DNA from: Dimargaris cristalligena
Lineage: Eukaryota
Reading direction: 5' to 3'
Assembly (NCBI GenBank): GCA_003614675.1
Contig: ML002231.1
Location: 1-64,000 of the forward strand
Length of the DNA stretch: 64,000 bases
Shown here piece after piece: positions 11,509 through 22,800 of the stretch. Both the position numbers and the translations under genes were made by a program. The notes beneath the pieces are model-generated. The model saw only the letters and a list, made by a program, of their open reading frames with translations, did not search any database and was not told the origin of the DNA. Each line of letters starts with the position of its first letter. Within the stretch, counting starts at the first letter, position 1.

Positions 11509-12495
11509 ACTCACAGGGGGAGGGGGGAATCCAAGCAAGACCCCTCACCCCGGCTGCATGCCGCTACTCTCTACATTCTTTATGAACACGACACACTATC
11601 GCTCTATCCACTTCTTTCAATCTCATCGTTGACGGTATTATTATTATTATTATTATGATCATTATTGTGGGGTTTGTCTTTACCTATGCCTACCTCACTC
11701 CATTACATCCATTACCAAGCCAAAACCTGCGCACCTATTTCACCTCTGCACCTACCTCACCTCACCTGACCTCGCCATTTTCACGCCGCTGACTAAAGGG
11801 TGGTTTGTGCGGTTTACTATATTATCATCACCCATCTATCTACATACTATCTGTATTATTACGCTTGCAACGAATTCCCCGACTATACATTGTTCGTTGA
11901 TATAACCATATATGTGTATTATTTTACCCGGACGTCCCCCTTACGACCCCCCACCTGACGAGGGCCCACGGTCCCTGCATTGTGTATGCATTTCTTCTAT
12001 AAATTCCCTATATATGATGTACTCACATCCCCCATGAAGACAATGTCAATAGGAGGGTCAGGCTTAGAATTAGGGTGCCGTTACGCCTTGGCACTGACAT
12101 CACTTGTGGATGGTATAGCCCATTGTTTTAGCTCTATTCTTTAGACGGTCGGACCCGCCTGTTCTATTTATGTGGTATCTGTGGTATTCAGAAGGCCTGG
12201 CTATCCCTTAGGAATACACCAAGAACACCCGTTAGTTGTTCACCGAACAGTGCTGGTATCCCGCCTTTTATTGTTGAGGCGCGTCGCTGCGGAAAGTGCC
12301 ATGTGAGAGGGAGTGCGATTGTTTTGGTGGCGGGTGTGGATCCCCAATTACGATTTCTTGGCGTGTTATGGAGGAGCCAAGCTAAGCTAGGCCCTGTAGT
12401 GCACCCCGTGGGTAGATTGGATGACTGAGCAGAGTCTCGTTTTGGTGTCCCCTGACGAGTATCTGTGTCTCCATTGCCTTCGATTTCATTGGCTC

Positions 12496-12519
12496 TATAT
12501 ATATATATATATATATATA
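12496..12519. repeat. (TA)n microsatellite
   Basis: Perfect TA run. Similar runs occur near 14370, 18570, 37345, 50413, 56578 and 59680, several of them inside introns. Confidence 0.9.
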
Positions 12520-12775
12520 AGACCCATTAGGGACGGCATTGGTATTTTATTTCTTATCTCTGCCATTATTATTTTTCAGCCTTTGTTAGTGCATAGCTGC
12601 CGCTCTTTGTTTTGGTCAATTATCTACCACCACCAGGCATATAACAACCCACTCCCTCTTTTATTTCGCGACCTTTAGGCCAACCTAAGCAGACCCGTAT
12701 TTTCGGCCACTTTTCGAAGCGCCCTCCGTTCACTCTTTAAATTCATCAGTAACCATCTGATTTGAGTCCTCTCCC

Positions 12776-14806
12776 ATGTACCCCGGCCAACAGTACCGCG
12801 ACGATCAGCAGCAGTTCCCTTCTGCCAATCCGGGTGGATTCGTGGGCCTGCCGGGCGGCGCTCCTCAGAACAGCGGGGGCTATCCGCCCAGCCCCTATGG
12901 GGGTGGCTACCCCCCTCAGGGCCACTCGGGCTTCCAGGGTCCTCCGTCCGGCCCCATGGGCTTCGGCAACGGCGGCCCTCCTCCAAGTATGGGTATGCCC
13001 GGAGGCCCTCCAGGCGGGGGTGGCTACCCACCACAACCACCGCCCTACCAACAAGACCCTATGGCCTTCCCCGGCAGCGGAGGAGGCGGTTATCCCCCAC
13101 CCATGTCACCGTACCAGCAGCCCCCGGCCCAAAATATGCCCGGGGCCGCGTACCCCCCGCCCCCGTCGCCCTATGGTAACATGGGTGGTAACGGCGGCGG
13201 CTATCCCCCTCCTTCATCGGGGATGGGGGGTGCGCCTGCCCCGGCGTTGCCCCAGCGACAAACCCATCGGCCCCCTAATCAGTCGGGCGGACCTATCTTA
13301 ATGCCGGGTGGCAATGCCAAGTGGGGCAGCCTCTACCAGCAGGGCAACAATGTCCAAGTCTCGCAGTGTACGGGTCGAAAGCGAGCCCTACTGATCGGTA
13401 TCAATTACATTGGCCAGTCCAGTGCCCTCAAAGGTGAGTTCCCGTTCATTCCATTATTTTATAAGCGTAGCCCCTGGTTCTTTACTTCGATATGCGATGA
13501 CGTGTGCGCGGCTATCACCCGCCTATCTTGGTGGGAATTAGGCGGGTCTCCAATCTGATTCGGCCCTTTCATTTGTACCAGGTTACTCCCCCATCTACTA
13601 ACTATGTTTGCTTTGTAATAATGCATTCTTGGGCTACCGCTATTAACCGATATCCCGGCGTTATTTACATATATTAGGTTGTATCAACGATGTCCATAAC
13701 ATTAAGAAGTTCATCATAGAACGGTTCAATTTCCGCGAATGCGACATGGTCATACTTACCGATGACTCCAAAAACCCAAGAAATATGCCCACTCGCGCCA
13801 ATATGATCCAGGCCATGCGCTGGTTAGTGGCAGATGCCCGGCCCAATGATTCCTTTTTCTTTCATTTTAGTGGGCACGGTAGCCAAGTCGTGGACACGTC
13901 GGGTGACGAGGTAGACGGCTTCGACGAGACGATTCTTCCCGTGGACTACAAAAAGGCCGGCCAGATCACCGACGATACTATGAACGAAATCATGGTCCGC
14001 CCTCTCCCCCAGGGGTGTCGACTCACCGCTGTTTTTGACTCATGCCACTCCGGAACGGCTCTCGATTTACCGTTTGTTTACGACCACCAGGGTCGGTTGG
14101 TGCAAAATCAGGTGGCCGAGATGGCCACTCAGTCCCTCATGAAGGCGGGCTCGTCTTACATGTCCGGGGACATTATGTCCGCCGGCAGGTCGGTCTTCTC
14201 TGGTCTTAAGGCCATGGTCAATGGTCCCAAGATTCAGCAGCGCCAAGTGGCCCTCAAGAGCAGCATGGGCGATGTTATTATGTTTAGCGGGTAAGTCCTC
14301 ACAACTAATTGGTGGTTAAATTTCACGCAAATCTTTTTATTTATTGCTTTTTATACATAGTAATGGTCTTATATATATATATATATCCTAGCCGTGGTCT
14401 ATGTAATCGCAATCATCGCCAATTCGTACGCTCCTTTTGATGACTCTTAATCCGCCCTTTGCTGTGAAGGCGTAATTGGATTGTGTCTGGGTTGCTTGTG
14501 CCAATAATTACACCGTAAATCCACTTACTAATCCATTTTGATGTCTGTATACCCCCTTTCCTCTGACACTTCCTTATCCCACTTAGGTGCGCCGATTCGC
14601 AAACATCGGCGGATACATTCAACTACGCTGTTGGCAATACGGGTGCCATGTCGCATGCCCTCATATCTGTTCTCCGGTCAAACCCCCATCAAACCTATAT
14701 CCAGATTCTTAGCAACGTTCGCAGCTTCCTAAAGAGCAAGTATTCCCAAGTGCCCCAATTGAGTTCTGGCCGGCTGATGGACATGAATCAAACCTTTATC
14801 ATGTAA
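12776..14806 (+). CDS. MCA1: Type I metacaspase; exons 12776-13433, 13678-14290, 14587-14806
   Basis: P/G/Q/Y-rich prodomain, RKRALLIGINY...LKG|CIND, catalytic FSGHG and DSCHSG, MFSG|CADSQTSAD, QVPQLSS. Two canonical introns restore the frame. Confidence 0.96.
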
Positions 14807-15125
14807 ACCCTGTTTTCTTTTTTAACTGTTAATGTTAACTTTCCCCTCTCTATACTTCCAATTCGTTTTCCATATTCTGTTTAATTTCCCCGACGGCCTA
14901 TAAATAATCAGTTCCCTGGCCTTTTATTTTGTTTTTCAATAACCTATACCGAGTTTCATCAATACATATTCCTTGGTTTTTGGGTGATAATTATAATTAG
15001 TATCACATTTAATTTAAAAGCATGCATTTGCAAATCCTAGGCTTGTGCTGATTTTACCGCAATTGAGTGGCCATTTAATGGTAAACAATTTATCGAAGTT
15101 ACTAGGTGACAATGGACAGGTCGGG

Positions 15126-16306
15126 TCAACTACCCAATTTGAGATGGTATAGCCGGTGCTGCAGGTCGTTTCGACCGGTAGCTTCGCGGAGTGGACTTGA
15201 ATTGGGGCTTTCCTGGCCATTTTCCTCCTGGATAGCCATTTCGGTTAAGTAGCGGAGCGCTGGCAGTGAGAGGCCCTACACCTTTGCGAATTAAGAGTCC
15301 GAATGAGGGCCCCGGAAAATGTACCGGCCTCTTCGACTGGGTATACTAGGCTTACTTGACTTCAGCCAATTTCCCATGTTGAAAATGATCACATTTTCCC
15401 GACAGACCGTGCTTCTGTGATAAAAGGTGTATTGGGGGGGGGCAGAGACTAGCAGCGGTTGGCTGAACCTCTTTAATCCCTGGTGGCCTAGCGATTTTAT
15501 GCTGGCTATTTTTACATAGGGTTATCAATTTGAAAATTGAGTATGTTTTAAAAACCTATAAAGTTGGTAGTCGTCCTCTGACACACACCATTGTTGATAA
15601 TACTATGTTTTCATGGGTTAGATGGGATTTCGGCCGAGTCCACTTTGGATTAATTGCTATTTGAATATTGACATATATACTATATAGATTGCAATTCGCC
15701 CTAATTCTATAGAGTTTAAAATAGTTTATATGGGAGAGTAGGCGGTGAAGGGGAGCTATTGTCAACCAACGACGTTCGTCTCTTTTAATGTGCTCTTGTT
15801 ATACCGCCTAGTCGAACCTTCCTCCCTATCGATTTACTATTTCTTGGAGCTAGGGTGCAACTTTTATCCGTGGCGGATTGGTTAGGATGTATAATAGTTG
15901 ATTACTATTGGCAGTCTAGTTTTGGATAATCTGGCAGATTGTCGGGTCACGTATACCAAACTGTATCGATATTATAGGCGTTGGCTCAGTGGCAATCATC
16001 CGCATATCATCGATCGGCTTTTGCTATCGTATTTATAGTTCATTTTCTATATAGCCCCAATGATCTTTTATCTTTGGCGCAATGGTTTCGATGGAAATAA
16101 ATATAATTAGTATTAAAACGAATTACCGAAATCCTCGACCCCCCCTCTATCAACTAGATGCGAATCGTCTACTTCTCGTTCGGCGACAAGTGGCCAAGCA
16201 ACTATTGCATCCATGATCGACTTGGAAGGCCTTGGGCGATACTACTGCACCACCAGTCGCTTAAAATACCACGCTTGCATGGGCTGTCCCCGTCGAATAT
16301 AAAGTA
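15126..16306. pseudogene. Possible degraded spliced gene (strand unresolved)
   Basis: Coding-like registers at 15126-15540 and 15713-16084 are reconciled by a canonical-looking + strand intron 15541-15712 (GTATGT...CTAAT...TAG). Both strands carry scattered stops in that register, and the region is TpA-rich. Confidence 0.25.
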
Positions 16307-17798
16307 GGTAGGCGAGGGGACGATCCGTAGGCTGATCCAGGCCGGGGCCTATAGCCTCTTCTATCAAAGCTCCCTTAGATGACCCCCTCCCCCTCCTCCC
16401 CCATTAGTTGACTCCGTTCACCAACCTAGCACCACTCTAAAGGTTAGGCATTATAGACTTATGCGAGTAGCTTGATCGAGACGGGCCTGGTCGGAATGAG
16501 GGGGATTTAAAATACCACGAGCATATAGAAAATACTAACTCCATTTCCTTCCACCAGGTTCGGTTTAGAGATGTAATTATCTGCACTGTATTTACCAAAG
16601 GGTAGGTTGAGCTTGGCCATGTACGCGTCAATTATGAGGGGATATAGATATTGAGGTGGCTGGAGGGGTGTGTTGGCGAGGCTTAGGGGTTGGAGTATTT
16701 TTGGGGGGTCTATTTGGGAGAGCGCGTGACAATAGTATAGGTCGGGAACGAGGAAAAGGCGACGGGCGGGGATCGGCGCCTCCATAAATATACTTCACCA
16801 AGGACTTGATCTCGCATATCTGGCCTGGGTACTAGAGGGATAGGGTGTTGCCTAGTTATAGGGTAAAAATTCCGCCCTGTTTCTTTTTTGTTTTTTATAG
16901 CAGGTTTGCGGTTAGGGCGCCGGCGACGAAGTGGCGGGAAATGAAGACGAGAGTAAGTCCCGAACCAGCGACCGGGGAACTCGACAGTATAGACGATAAG
17001 ACCGATTTTTAACCGAGCCTAGGCCTATGGGCTGAGTATGTCGAGATACCCTGGATAGGGGGATACGAGAAGAGCGGCGCTTAGAAATGTCCGTTAGAAA
17101 GTTCTTCCAAGTTTCGGGTTGGACGAGCCGTGAGGTCTACGGCGAGTCCCGTCTCATTAACTGGGACCTTCCTTCCTTCCATTTGGCCATCCCTTGCCCG
17201 ATACCTAGGCAATGAGGGAGGGGGATATGGTCCAGTTGTTGGGGTTCAATAACAATACTGCCGTACTCTTCCCTACTCAGCGGCCTAATTACGAAAATAC
17301 CCATTGAAGGCGATCGCGGGGTGTTAATCTCTCGCTGCTAATCCATGGGCACGTTTTCCTCCAGCTGACCCTTTATAAATATCGGGCTAGTCGCCCCCTT
17401 TCGAATACAACATGTTTTCTTCCAGTTGAATATAGCTAATCTCTTAGCACCCTCTGTTTTGGACCTTTCCGATTTTTGGTGCATTATATTATTCGTGTCG
17501 TAGTAGACTGCCACCGGTCTTCGCCTATTAATTTAATTTTACATTAACATCGTGCTCAAACACCTATAATATTTTGTCGCCCATAACACCAAGCAGCGTT
17601 AACTCTAATTCAACCTATTTCCAGATACTCTCGACTGACATTACTCGCCTCCTTCTCTTAATAGCGGATTCCGTAACCCTTTTCTTTAAACTGGTCTAAT
17701 TACCATTCCCAGTACTGTCACCCCCCAATCCACCCTCAATTATCTTACCAATTACGGGATATTCCTGGTGAATTCCTAACACCTCCTTTCCTCTAATC

Positions 17799-18998
17799 AT
17801 GAATCGACGACCCGTTTCTAAGCAGCTAGCCTGGGCTAGCGCCGCAGTGGCCATCGTGGCGATGCTGGCCTTCGTCGTCGCCATTCCATACCCCGTGGTC
17901 CCGGCTCCTCTGAACACCTCTGTGGCCCCAGTCGACCCGCCCGTGGCTTCGGCCAATCCTACCACCACCACGTCTAGCTCTTTGACCACCAGCGCTAGTG
18001 ATGCCTCAGCCGATTCTACGTCCGCCACGAGCGACTCCTTGAATGCCTCCGCTGATGCGCCGGTCGCCTCGGGCAATCCCGCCGAAAACTCGAATGTTCA
18101 GCCGCCAACGACTTCCACTGCGACTGTAGTGGCCCCGCCGGCGGGTATCACCAATCCTAGCAATACCGCAGTGACGTGCTGGACAAAGGACTACCCTATG
18201 GATGTCGATAAGTTGCGCGAGGACTTTATCATTACGGGCGAATGCGGTGTTAAAGCCGAGAATGGTGAGATGACCTGGACGATGACTCAGAACTGTACGG
18301 GTCCGGGACTGATCTACGGACGCGACGACATTCTATTTGGCAGGTCTACCGTACAGATCCAAATGGCTCCTGGGTCCGGAGTCGTAACCGCCTTCATTGT
18401 AAGTTATTATATATACTTTTATATCAAATGGGGAATCATACGAAACATAGGCAAGGGGGAGGTATGTAAAGCGTTGGTTAGTCTAATTGGGATGTGACTC
18501 CCCAGGAGGGGATGTGGGGTGGATTAAGCTGACATTAACCGCTCGTTTGACCCTTATGGCTACACCCCATATATATATATATATATATTTTCAACGCAAC
18601 CACGTATCTAGCGCGGTAAGACGGGACAAGACGAAATCGATTGGGAGTGGGTGGGTACCAATACGAAGCGAGTCCAGACCATGTACTTTGTGGGTGGTGA
18701 ACGTGTGAATGGTGACGACTTGGGCAACAAATACGACATGACCAAGGATCTATCGAAAACCTACGTCGAGTACACGATTGATTACACGGCTGACCATATC
18801 CAGTGGATTATCGATGGCGTGGTTAAACGAACCCTGACTCGCTCCAAAGTTAAGGATTTCCCTTTAACTGCTAAGGAGTGGCAGATGGATATATGGAAGG
18901 GCGGCGAAAAGAGCCCCGGCTGGGCAGGAGAAATGGACTGGGACAAGGCTCCCTTCATTGCTCGCATCCGCAAGCTATCGTTCCAGAGCTATTGTTAA
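17799..18998 (+). CDS. GH16 (Crh/Utr2-like) glycosidase/transglycosylase with N-terminal signal/anchor and Ser/Thr-rich linker; exons 17799-18398, 18612-18998
   Basis: Hydrophobic N-terminus, then ILFGRSTVQIQMAPGSGVVTAFI|RGKTGQDEIDWEWVG (catalytic E-I-D-x-E), YTIDYT.DHIQWIIDG.V.RTL and WAG..DW. Confidence 0.88.
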
Positions 18999-19815
18999 TT
19001 GCTACCAGCGAACGATAGGGCCACCCTTGAATTCACGGGGATACCACTACCTACTCTATTTCTAATGGGTAATAATGATCGGGCGATGCCTGTGGATAGT
19101 TTGGCATGTTGACTCACACCATATTTACCCAGTTGTCTTTGGGGATATCATTTGCCATCCATATTGGCGTGTATGTATTAGTAATAAACCATTTTTTGTC
19201 AGTCAAGTCCCCGGTATTACTAAGAAAAGTCGTTAGTGGCCGCTGGGTTCACAAACTGCCTTGGCCAATGCGCTGGGAAGGGCGGAGTTTAGATGAACGA
19301 AGGGCGTGAAAATGGCTAGTGCCAGGAAAGGGATGGAGACCAAGGTGAGGTATAGCATGGCTACCCATCCGGTGCATATAGAAGAAATGACCGCATACAT
19401 CCGGGCCTCGTCATTGCAAGGTTTTCTGGCCTGCTTGGTGATAGTGCATTGCCCACCGGTTGGCCCAGGCTCCGGCCACTTCTCCAGGCTTCGGCTGGTC
19501 TCCCTTGCTTGACTTCAAATCCCGTTTTCCTTCTGTCCATCCTCTCTTCTCTTCCTCTCTTCCCTTCCTTCCGTTCTTCCTTTGGCCACTTTCCCACCGT
19601 TCATTTTCTTACTTCTCTTCTTTGCCTAAGCCCGATTGCTCTAATAGGCTAGTTGTGCATTTACCTTACCATCTCCCCCTTAGTGCCTCCTTTATTTCTC
19701 TGCTCCTCCCCCGCCTCCTTAGTTGTGCATCCCTTTCCCTCTCAAATACCCCTTTCTCATTCCCAGCCTCGGGAATAGCTTCCCTGGTTTTTCTAATTTG
19801 CCATTATCTTTGAGA

Positions 19816-22800
19816 ATGAAAATCACCAAACAGCCGATCAAGCAATTAAGTAAACTTGTAAGTCAACGTGCTCCTCCCTCTTGGGCCCGACAGCGCCGCC
19901 CAGTTCTGGCCTCGATTGACCCCAATGCGTCAGTTAGGTCCAGTCTATTCCCTGTATCTTCTTCCTCCATTGTGAGGTGGTACCCCCCTACCCCGGTAAC
20001 TCACCTCTGCCTTTCCACCCCCCCTTATTCACGGTTTTTGCATCCTCCCCTTTTTTTTCGGCACCAATTTCGCTAGCCCCATGACCTTCAACGCCTCAAG
20101 ACCCAACTGCTCGAGTGTCCCGATGACGGAATCGCGGGCCTAGTGGCTGGTACTACCAGCTGGAAATACCACCGTGGCGACATTTTCCAGTGGATCCCCG
20201 TCCTTAACCGGTTCGACTCTATACTTGAGCAGGTGTGCCAGGACTACGGCCTCTACCGCGGAGTTCAGGTTAAGCCGTTCCCCGAACCCACGTGGGCCCT
20301 GGTTTGTGCCATCTTGCAGTTCACCCGGCTACTCATGGAAAACTCCATCAACCGTAATCTCTATAATTCCCTGAACCAGCTTCGGGCTCTACTCTACACC
20401 TGCCATCTGGAGGTCTTGGAGGCCACGCTCTACATTGTGGTTCGTATCGTCCAGCGGGTAACGAGCCACCACCACCGGTCGTCCCGGGCCAACCTCAGTT
20501 CCTTTGTGGCCCCTGTCACGGCCTTGGCCGAAAAATGGGACTACGGCCCACCCAACCTAAAGCTGTTGGACATAGCCCGTCCCGATTCGCCTATGCAGGG
20601 ATGTGGCGATCTACGGTTTCACTTTTACCGCTTGGACGCTGAGGCGCCATCGGCCGCTCCATCAGAACGACCGCCCGGCGATGACGCTGCATCCCCCGGC
20701 CTGGTGACTATTCGGGTAGCGCCTAGCGAGTGGGCCGAGCGGCAGCCCACTGAGCTGTTCACCCACCTAGTGCAACAGTACGACGTACCCACTGGTCACC
20801 AACTGCGACTGTTTCACCATATTCTAGTCGCCTACCATTTCCACGACCTGTCGAAACGCCAGGCCCTGCTCTTCTACCGCCTGATGGCCGTGACCCTGCA
20901 GGTTATGACTCGCAGCGAACTGGAGCTGGAGAACGCCTTTTTCCTATTCGAGCCCGATATCGCTCAAGAGTTGGCCGACCTGCTGCACCCCGAACACCAA
21001 GTACCACTCCCCATCCAAACGGCCGCCCTGTACTTGCTGGAGGCCCTGGTCCGGCAGCGGTCTCGCGTTCAGGAGGTTTCGACCGCGCTTAATCTATCGG
21101 CGGGACACGGCATCCTCATGGTGATTCTACGCCGGGTGTTTGCCGACTCATACCCCCTGACCAGCAGTGCTACCCTGGCCTTTGTCGACGCCCTCAATGT
21201 GCTACTATCAACAATTACCGCCAACTCGACGGGCGGCCAGCTCATCATTTCGGCCGGTATCGTCCCCGCCGTGGTCAGCTTCCTCACCAATCGCCAGCGC
21301 CCCCATAAGCGGAGCGTTGGAAAGATGACCCGGATCCTGGATAACCTCATTTATTCCTTCGCCTCGGCCTTCACATCTTTTTGCAACGCTAATGGTATTT
21401 CCACACTGGTGGAGCGGATCGGCCATGAGGTCCAGGAGTGCCTGGAGTGCGGCAGCGATTTGCCGGTTGCGTCCGAAGCAACCATGGACTGGGAAGCCGA
21501 CCCCACCGAATCCGCTTTTGACCGGATTCCGCCCGAGACCGCCAATCTGTTGAAAGACTTGCTCCGGTTCCTCCACCATATGATGCAGACTGCCGGTACG
21601 GCGGATCGCCTGCGCAACTTGGTTGAAACGGCTCTTCCGAAGACAATGGTCCATATTGTACGGTTCCCGGGGCTCTTCGGTCCCTCCGTGTATGTGTACA
21701 CCATCAATATTATGGCTTCCTTTATTCATAATGAGCCCACCTCCTTGGCCATTCTGCAGGAGTTTAACCTCCCTCAGACCTTTCTACAGGCCGTCAAGAA
21801 ACATGTACCCGTATCGGGGGATGTGATTAACACCCTACCCAATGCCTTCGGAGCTGTATGCCTGAACCAGGCCGGGTTGGACTATTTTACCGAGCTGGAC
21901 CCTTTCCCCGAGTATTTTGCCATTTTCACCCAAATGGCATACGTTCGCCCCCTTCAGGAATCGGACGTGCCGGCCACGGCTGGGACTGGAATCGATGAGC
22001 TCATTCGCCACCACCCGTCCCTTAAGACCCGGGTGCTGGAGTGCATTAAACAGACCCTGGCCGAGATCCGGGAGTTCGGGAAGCCAGATGGATTACCGGC
22101 CCAGGAGACACCAGGCAAGCACCACCTCAGTACCTCAACCGATCCTCCCCCAAGCAGCGAGCGGGTACTCTCCCCCGATGATATGGTACTGTCCCAGATG
22201 ATCGAGGCCGTGTGTCGCTTTTTGGAGGGACTGCTCCAGCAGCCTCATCACCGCCAGGACTTAGTTCAGGGACTAGGGGTTGACTTTATATTCGATTTTT
22301 TGAAGTTGCCCGCCCTACCCTATGACTTCTTCCAGAGCCGAGGCTGGGGTGCACTTGTAGGTCTCTTCAAAACCGTTGTCGAATTGACCTACCATGACGA
22401 TGCGCCAACGGTCGTGAGCAGCGTAGGCCGATTCGCTGAAGCCGTATCCGGTCTTATCAGCGACCATATCGGATCTGCCGCCACGGTCATTTCCATTACT
22501 CCAGTCGATCCCCCTGCTGCCGAGCCGGTCCCAGCGCCCGAGCCGGGCAGTCCTGCTCCCGAGCCCTCGGAGGAGGCTTCGACGGAGAATCCGACTACAG
22601 TCGAACCGCCCCCGCCCCCGCCCGTATCTGGGACCCCCACTCCGCAACCCGCTCTTAAACGGTTAATGGATGAAATTATCCAAGCCGTCCGCGATTTCAC
22701 CCCCATGCACAGTGATAGTGCCACCTCCACCCCTCGGCCCGTCTTTTCCCCTGAGTGGGCGGCAGCGGACGCGGCCATAGATTCTACGGGAGCCGCTGAA

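Noticed and set aside
11954..11980. CTGACGA followed by a short stem, suggesting a hammerhead ribozyme
   Set aside because: The required GAAA core after stem II and the flanking stems are absent.
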